DNA from: Christensenellaceae bacterium
GTDB lineage: Bacteria > Bacillota > Clostridia > Christensenellales > CAG-138
Reading direction: 5' to 3'
Length of the DNA: 64,000 nucleotides
NCBI GenBank assembly: GCA_963666935.1
Contig: OY762936.1
Span: 861,933-925,932 of the forward strand
Shown here: piece by piece, positions 58,561 through 64,000 of the stretch
Layout: the number at the start of each line of letters is the position of its first letter
Position numbering within the stretch: the stretch's first letter is position 1
Notes under the pieces: generated by a model
The model's database searches: none
The model's input: the letters and a program-made list of their open reading frames with translations, nothing else
Told to the model about the DNA's origin: nothing
Translations under genes and position numbers: made by a program

Positions 58561-58597
58561 GCGTGCCCCCGAGCCGGAAACCGGCTCGGGGGCACGC
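58561..58597. other. Perfect 17-bp stem / 3-nt loop hairpin
   Basis: GCGTGCCCCCGAGCCGG-AAA-CCGGCTCGGGGGCACGC, with no canonical U-tract on the plus strand. Confidence 0.6.
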
Positions 58598-58707
58598 GCA
58601 TTTGGAAAAATTCGGCAGCCGGGGCATATATATAAAATGGCGAGTTTCGAATGATATCCTGTGGATTGTTTCGGAAGCCGCGAATTTATTATTGGGGGGA
58701 TTTATAA

Positions 58708-59022
58708 ATGGGAACTTTTGTCGAAGCCTTTTTTACCTGGGAAGCCCTTGCGACTTTGGCCGGGGCTGTGGCCGCGACCACTCTGATTACCCAACTGTTT
58801 AAGGGGGTTGGCTTTATCGATAAGCTGCCCACCCGGGTATTCGCTTACATCGTGGCTCTTATCGTTCTTTTGGCGGCCACCGCCTTTACCGGGGGTTTGA
58901 CATGGAACTCGGGGGGGCTGTGCGTCATCAACGCCGTGGTGGTAGCCCTTGCGTCCAACGGCGCGTATGATGCGGTTGTTACAACAAAGACGAGTGCGAA
59001 CGATAAGAAAGTAAATCAGTAG
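58708..59022 (+). CDS. Small three-TM membrane protein, phage holin-like
   Basis: 104 aa with TWEALATLAGAVAATTLITQLFKG, two further TM segments and a polar Lys-rich tail. RBS is GGGGGG. The holin resemblance is from memory only. Confidence 0.4.
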   Translation: MGTFVEAFFTWEALATLAGAVAATTLITQLFKGVGFIDKLPTRVFAYIVALIVLLAATAFTGGLTWNSGGLCVINAVVVALASNGAYDAVVTTKTSANDKKVNQ

Positions 59023-59028
59023 AATATG

Positions 59029-59060
59029 AAAAAAAGCCCCCGCTGTCGCAGGGGCTTTTA
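59029..59060. terminator. Bidirectional terminator
   Basis: A-run, GCCCC...GGGGC hairpin, then TTTT. It sits between a plus-strand CDS and the minus-strand tRNAs. Confidence 0.65.
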
Positions 59061-59152
59061 ATTTATGAGGCTGCCATCAAAGGGCTGCTCCTTCATGCGC
59101 GAATAAAAAAAACGAAGAACCAGGACATTGGATCAACATCAAGGCTCTTCTA

Positions 59153-59228
59153 TGGTACACCCTCAGGGGCTCGAACCCTGGACACCCTGATTAAGAGTCA
59201 GGTGCTCTACCAGCTGAGCTAAGGGTGC
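59153..59228 (-). tRNA. tRNA-Lys (anticodon CUU), CCA encoded
   Basis: Minus strand GCACCCTTAGCTCAGCTGGTAGAGCACCTGACTCTTAATCAGGGTGTCCAGGGTTCGAGCCCCTGAGGGTGTACCA folds as a cloverleaf with anticodon loop CUCUUAA. Confidence 0.95.
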
Positions 59229-59236
59229 ATACTGAC

Positions 59237-59312
59237 TGGAGCGGGAGACGGGGCTCGAACCCGCCACCTCCGCCTTGGCAAGGCGGCGCTCTACCGAATG
59301 AGCTACTCCCGC
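59237..59312 (-). tRNA. tRNA-Gly (anticodon GCC), CCA encoded
   Basis: Minus strand GCGGGAGTAGCTCATTCGGTAGAGCGCCGCCTTGCCAAGGCGGAGGTGGCGGGTTCGAGCCCCGTCTCCCGCTCCA has anticodon loop UUGCCAA. Confidence 0.95.
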
Positions 59313-59341
59313 ATGCCGCCTTTTGGCCAGCGCGCTTGATT

Positions 59342-59370
59342 ATTGTAGCGCAACGATTTAATGTTGTCAA
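59342..59370 (-). promoter_or_regulatory. tRNA promoter
   Basis: Minus strand: TTGACA (59370-65), 17-nt spacer, TACAAT (59347-42), about 30 nt upstream of tRNA-Gly. Confidence 0.7.
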
Positions 59371-59506
59371 TAGTCTGTCCTTCATTTTCAGCCAAAAAAA
59401 TATGGCGTAAGCAGCCGTATTTGATAATAAATTGCTGGTTCATATATAGTTCATATGAACCCCATATACTTATCATTAATTATATGTTTATAATGGAGTT
59501 GTTAAA

Positions 59507-60355
59507 ATGAAGATTAAAATCACAGCCGACAGTACATGCGATCTGCCTCTTGAGATGATTCAGCGCTATGATATCGATATCGTGCCACTTTATATTCAAA
59601 AGGGAGATAACGAATACCGTGATAACATCGATATTTTCCCCGAAGATATTTTCGTGCATATGGAGGAGGGGGGAGAACCCTGCAAGACCGCCGCAGTAAG
59701 CGTAACGGATTATATGGAGCTGTTCAGCAAGTATGCAGGTAAATACGACGCCGTGATCCACATTAACATCAGTTCGGAATTTTCCTGTTGCTATAACAAT
59801 GCATGCATCGCCGAAAAGGAGTTCGATAACGTCTACGTTGTGGATTCCAGAAACCTTTCCAGCGGCCACGGGCTCGTGGTGATCGAGGCGTGCGAGCGGG
59901 TGAAAGAAGGTATGGACCCAAAGCAGATCTGCGACGAACTCAACGAATTGGCTCCTCGTGTGGACTCCAGCTTCATTTTGTGCAAGCTGGAGTATCTGCG
60001 CAAGGGCGGCAGGTGTTCCGCCGTGGCGGAGCTGGGTGCCAATTTGCTACAGCTCAAGCCTTGCATCGAGGTGACGGACGGAAAGATGCACCCCGGAAAA
60101 AAATACCGGGGGACCTTTAAGAGCTGTTTGGAAAAATATATCGCTGACCGTCTGGCGGATGGGGAAGAAATTGTCACAGATCGAATTTTCATCACCCATG
60201 CTGCGACGCCGGAACTGGAAGAACCGGCAAAAGAACTGATCGCGCAGCACCGTGAGTTCAAGGAAATGATCATCTCCCGGGCGGGATGTACCGTCAGCTG
60301 CCACTGCGGACCACAGACGCTGGGAATCCTTTACATCAGAAAATCTCCCAAATAG
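59507..60355 (+). CDS. DegV family fatty-acid-binding protein
   Basis: MKIKITADSTCDLP...TAAVS...SSGHG, with typical DegV layout and length. Confidence 0.9.
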   Translation: MKIKITADSTCDLPLEMIQRYDIDIVPLYIQKGDNEYRDNIDIFPEDIFVHMEEGGEPCKTAAVSVTDYMELFSKYAGKYDAVIHINISSEFSCCYNNACIAEKEFDNVYVVDSRNLSSGHGLVVIEACERVKEGMDPKQICDELNELAPRVDSSFILCKLEYLRKGGRCSAVAELGANLLQLKPCIEVTDGKMHPGKKYRGTFKSCLEKYIADRLADGEEIVTDRIFITHAATPELEEPAKELIAQHREFKEMIISRAGCTVSCHCGPQTLGILYIRKSPK

Positions 60356-60363
60356 GGAAAACA

Positions 60364-60397
60364 AAAGGAACAGGAGAATATCTTCTCCTGTTCCTTT
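60364..60397 (+). terminator. Hairpin terminator
   Basis: Perfect 15-bp stem AAAGGAACAGGAGAA-TATC-TTCTCCTGTTCCTTT. Confidence 0.75.
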
Positions 60398-60455
60398 ACT
60401 TATGCCCGAAATTCGCTTTATAATAACAATATCAAGATGGAGAAAGGGGAAAAAC

Positions 60456-61424
60456 ATGCCGGAAGATACAATTTATGGGGTAAAGATGGACAAGAAAAAA
60501 ATAAAGAGGATCATTACGGCCGTAATTCTGGTTTTCGTTGCGTTATCCATCGGTCTTACCTGTTGGTATACCGTGAACGAAAAGCAGCAGGCAGTTGTTA
60601 CGACCTTTGGGAAGGTGACCAGTGTGACGGACTCGGGCATCCACTTCAAGTTGCCTTTGGGAATTCAGCAGGCCCACAAGGTGGACGTCAACATCTTTCA
60701 AAAGATCGAGATGGGATATCGAACGGACGATTCCGATTTGGGGTATTCGGTGGTGGGGGCCGAAAGCAAGATGATCACAGGGGACTACAACATCGTCAAC
60801 GTGGATTTCTTTGTGGAATATAAGGTTTCGGATCCTGTGAAATACCTGTATGGTTCCTATGAACCGGAGCTGGTGCTCAAGAACCTTGTGCAGAGCCAGA
60901 TCCGCAACGTGGTGGGCTCTACCAATGTGGATGCCGTGCTCACCAACGGCAAGGAAGTTATTCAGATGGAGGTGAAGGAACTGATCTCCGGAATGCTGGA
61001 ACAATATGACATTGGCCTGATGCTTACAGACGTAAAGATTCAGGACAGCGAGCCGCCCACGGAAGATGTGACCTATGCCTTTAAGCAGGTGGAAACCGCC
61101 AAGCAGGATGCTGAAACGGTGATTAATGATGCAAAGGCCTACGAGAATGCGAAGCTTCCCGCGGCGCAGGCAGAAGCAGACAAGCTGCTTCAAAACGCGG
61201 CATACCTCAAGCAAAAGCGGATTAATCGGGCCGTGGAGCAAGTGGCTATGTTCGAAGCCATGTATGAGGAGTACTCTCTCAATCCCGTGATGACCCGGTC
61301 TCGAATGTATTATGAAGCCATTTCCGAAGCGTTGCCGCGCGTGAAGCTGTATCTGGACGTTTCTGATGGTCAGGTGGAAAAGCTGATTCCCCTTGAGAGC
61401 TTTTCCGGCGTTTCGGGCAACTAA
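60456..61424 (+). CDS. hflK: SPFH/band-7 protein, HflK-like
   Basis: N-terminal TM then SPFH domain (VNEKQQAVVTTFGKV...GIHFKLP...MITGDYNIVNVDF). Confidence 0.8.
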   Translation: MPEDTIYGVKMDKKKIKRIITAVILVFVALSIGLTCWYTVNEKQQAVVTTFGKVTSVTDSGIHFKLPLGIQQAHKVDVNIFQKIEMGYRTDDSDLGYSVVGAESKMITGDYNIVNVDFFVEYKVSDPVKYLYGSYEPELVLKNLVQSQIRNVVGSTNVDAVLTNGKEVIQMEVKELISGMLEQYDIGLMLTDVKIQDSEPPTEDVTYAFKQVETAKQDAETVINDAKAYENAKLPAAQAEADKLLQNAAYLKQKRINRAVEQVAMFEAMYEEYSLNPVMTRSRMYYEAISEALPRVKLYLDVSDGQVEKLIPLESFSGVSGN

Positions 61425-61432
61425 GAGGAGGG

Positions 61433-62320
61433 ATGAAGATGAAAAAGAAATCATTGAAAACCGTTGTCGTAATCGCCGTTGCGCTTGTGGCATTTGTGGT
61501 TATGTTGGGAATGTATACTGTGGCGGAAAATGAACACGTGTGTGTGGTGAGATTTGAAAAGATCATCCGCACCACATCGCAAGCGGGTCTGTATTTTAAA
61601 GTGCCCTTTATTGACAGCGTAAAATCCTTCCCCAAGGCGGTTATGCTCTACGACATCCCGCCTTCTGAGGTGCTCACTTCCGATAAGCAAAATATGACGG
61701 TGGACAGCTATGTGCTTTGGCAAATTTATGATCCACTGCTATTTTACCGCACCCTGGGCAATACCGTGGTGGCGGAACAGCGGCTGGACGCTTTGACCTA
61801 TAATGCTCTGAAAAACGTCATGGGTACGATGGCCCAGAGGGACATCATCAACGAGGAACCCGGCTCGGCCCGAAACGATATCTATGCTGGGATTTCGGCC
61901 AACGTATCCACGCTGGCCGAAAACTACGGCATCAAAGTGGTAGATGTGAAAATCAAGCGGTTTGATCTGCCGGAGGCCAACGAGGAAGCCGTATACTCCC
62001 GCATGATTTCAGAACGGAACCAGATCGCTGAAAAATACAAGGCGGACGGCGAGTATGAAGCTTCCATTATCCGGAACAATGTGGATATGCAAGTGAATAT
62101 CATCGTATCCAACGCGCAGGCGGAGGCCGCGAAGCTGGAGGCCGAGGGCGAACAGGAATACATGCGCCTGCTGGCGAAAGCCTACGACTCGGACGACAAA
62201 AGGAGCTTTTATGAATTTACGCTGGCCCTTGAGGCGCTCAAGTCCTCGCTCACCGGCAGCGAAAAGACCGTGATTCTGGGCACCGATTCCGCTCTCGCCC
62301 AAATTCTGACAACCCCCTGA
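61433..62320 (+). CDS. hflC: SPFH/band-7 protein, HflC-like
   Basis: TM then VAENEHVCVVRFEKI...LYFKVPFID...TSDKQNMTVDSYVLWQI. The start may instead be ATG 61439. Confidence 0.8.
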   Translation: MKMKKKSLKTVVVIAVALVAFVVMLGMYTVAENEHVCVVRFEKIIRTTSQAGLYFKVPFIDSVKSFPKAVMLYDIPPSEVLTSDKQNMTVDSYVLWQIYDPLLFYRTLGNTVVAEQRLDALTYNALKNVMGTMAQRDIINEEPGSARNDIYAGISANVSTLAENYGIKVVDVKIKRFDLPEANEEAVYSRMISERNQIAEKYKADGEYEASIIRNNVDMQVNIIVSNAQAEAAKLEAEGEQEYMRLLAKAYDSDDKRSFYEFTLALEALKSSLTGSEKTVILGTDSALAQILTTP

Positions 62321-62336
62321 TCTAGGAGGATAGAGC

Positions 62337-63011
62337 ATGCTTAACATCCTAGTCGTGGAAGACAACGACGATTTGAGAAGGCTTATGCGCATTCATTTGA
62401 CGCGCGCCGGATACTCGGTTTTAGAAGCCTGCAACGGCGCGCAGGCCCTGCAGGTTATGGATGCCGCCAATGTCCATCTCATGATCGCTGATGTGATGAT
62501 GCCCGTCATGGATGGATACGAGCTGGTGGAAGAGTTGCGGGGCGCGTCATATTTTCTGCCTGTGCTGATGGTTACGGCGAAATTTGCCCTGGAGGATAAG
62601 CGCGTCGGTTTTCAAAAAGGCGCCGACGACTACATGGTGAAACCCATTGACATGGATGAAATGCTGCTTCGGGTTGAGGCGCTGCTACGCCGCTCCAATA
62701 TTGTGGGAAACTGCGTGTTGAACGTTGGCAAATGTAGGTTGGATAGCGAAAGATTAACGGTTGATTACGAGGGTAGGGAGGTGGAGCTCCGGCAAAAGGA
62801 GTTTGCCCTTTTGTATAAGCTTCTCTCCTACCCCAACAAAATCTTTACCCGGCAGGTGCTGATGGATGAGATTTGGGGATACGAAAGTGAGACGGATTCC
62901 AGAAGCGTGGACGTGCATATCAAGCGGCTTCGGGAGAAACTAGCGGACTGCGGCGATTTTGAAATTCAGACCATTCGGGGTCTGGGATACAAGGCGGTGG
63001 TGAAGGCATGA
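62337..63011 (+). CDS. OmpR-family response regulator
   Basis: Receiver domain (ILVVEDNDD...MIADVMMP...TAK) plus a winged-helix output (VDVHIKRLREKL...IRGLGYK). Confidence 0.95.
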   Translation: MLNILVVEDNDDLRRLMRIHLTRAGYSVLEACNGAQALQVMDAANVHLMIADVMMPVMDGYELVEELRGASYFLPVLMVTAKFALEDKRVGFQKGADDYMVKPIDMDEMLLRVEALLRRSNIVGNCVLNVGKCRLDSERLTVDYEGREVELRQKEFALLYKLLSYPNKIFTRQVLMDEIWGYESETDSRSVDVHIKRLREKLADCGDFEIQTIRGLGYKAVVKA

Positions 63012-64000
63012 GCAAGTTGCTCAAACGTTTTATTCTGATGCTGCTGGCCATCGTCGCGATCTCCTCGTTGCTGGCTTACGGCATCGTGGTGGTACTGAGG
63101 CTGGTGGTATACCCCACACTGGAAATCAACTATTCGGCGTTTTTGGAGGCAGTGAAGGACTTTGTCTTTCCTGCGCTGACCATCGGTTTTGCGATGATAT
63201 TGATCATGTATTTTTCGCCTCGGGCAATTGAACCCTTTTTGAAATTGACGGAGGCAACGAAAAAGATTGCGGCGGGCGATTTTGACGTCCGGGTGGACGA
63301 GCTGGGCAAAGATGACGAATTGAGCAACCTACAGCGCAACTTCAACCGCATGGCAAATGAGCTGCAGGGGAACGAACTGTTGAAGAAGGATTTCATCGCC
63401 AATATTTCCCATGAAGTTAAAACGCCCCTTGCCGTCATGAAGGGATACGCGAAGCTGTTGGGAGAAGACAAAATTTCGGACGCAGAGAGAACGGAATATG
63501 CACAGCTTATCGCGCAGGAGAGCGAGCGCCTTTCCAAGCTTTCTGCTAATATGTTGCGGATGTCCAAACTGGAGAATGAGGCGATTCTCTCAGCGCCGGC
63601 CCGTTTTCAACTGGATGAGCAGATCCGGCAGATGGTGCTGATGCTGGAGCCAAAGTGGAGCGAAAAAAACATTGAGTTCAACATCGACCTGCCCAAAATC
63701 TATTACATTGGTGACGAGGAGCTTCTAGCCGATGTTTGGATGAACATCATGGAAAACGCTGTGAAGTTTTCTCATATGGGAGGCGAAATCGCCATTGACC
63801 TGATTCGGCAGGGAGGAGAGATTCAAATCAGCTTCCGGGACAGCGGAACGGGCATGGATGAGGAGTCGGCGAAGCATGCCTTCGAGCAATTTTACCGGGG
63901 CGGTGCCGCCCGCGCCAAAGAGGGTAGCGGATTGGGTCTGTCCATTGTAAAACGCATTGTGGAGCTTCATGGGGGCCGTGTCAGGCTTCAAAGCGAGCCG
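63008..64000 (+). CDS. Sensor histidine kinase (3' end beyond window)
   Basis: Two TM segments, a HAMP domain (AAGDFDVRVDELGKDDELSNLQRNFNRMANEL), the H-box FIANISHEVKTPL and the G-box GSGLGLSIVKRIVELHGG. The frame is open to the window edge. Confidence 0.9.
   Translation, partial: MSKLLKRFILMLLAIVAISSLLAYGIVVVLRLVVYPTLEINYSAFLEAVKDFVFPALTIGFAMILIMYFSPRAIEPFLKLTEATKKIAAGDFDVRVDELGKDDELSNLQRNFNRMANELQGNELLKKDFIANISHEVKTPLAVMKGYAKLLGEDKISDAERTEYAQLIAQESERLSKLSANMLRMSKLENEAILSAPARFQLDEQIRQMVLMLEPKWSEKNIEFNIDLPKIYYIGDEELLADVWMNIMENAVKFSHMGGEIAIDLIRQGGEIQISFRDSGTGMDEESAKHAFEQFYRGGAARAKEGSGLGLSIVKRIVELHGGRVRLQSEP

Overview
This looks like a chromosomal segment of a Gram-positive anaerobe, most likely a member of the Clostridia. 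That call is an inference from two T-box leaders, a dockerin-bearing secreted protein, a four-subunit 2-oxoacid:ferredoxin oxidoreductase, LarA and DegV. Most of the window is GC-rich core metabolism:
- a pyrimidine operon, pyrC-K-D-F-E-B-I, behind an attenuator-like leader;
- purB;
- a branched-chain amino-acid supercluster. On the minus strand it reads ilvB-ilvN-ilvB-ilvN-ilvC-ilvD, behind an apparently Ile-specific T-box. On the plus strand leuA-C-D-B follows a Leu T-box;
- a MarR-linked heterodimeric ABC exporter and an ABC-2 exporter;
- malic enzyme and a gamma-delta-alpha-beta 2-oxoacid:ferredoxin oxidoreductase;
- a GntR-controlled module of a CoA-acylating (SucD-type) aldehyde dehydrogenase plus SucCD-like acyl-CoA synthetase, divergent from a LarA-family racemase and a type II HAD hydrolase;
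- tRNA-Lys and tRNA-Gly, degV, hflKC and a two-component system.

Two visibly AT-richer blocks look accessory. The first (1-5400) holds DUF134, an ACR3-like carrier, Crp and a split permease with a ferredoxin tail. The second (19330-22290) holds an MBOAT and DHHW O-acylation pair.

There are several gene-decay scars: DUF89, DUF1566, citE and citF remnants, and an in-frame TGA in a Moco-oxidoreductase lipoprotein.

The least explained signal is a ~200-nt intergenic element present twice in opposite orientation (22293-22487 and 44511-44716). It has four hairpins whose stems are conserved while the loops differ, and no conserved reading frame. I saw no CRISPR array, transposase, integrase or recognisable defence system.
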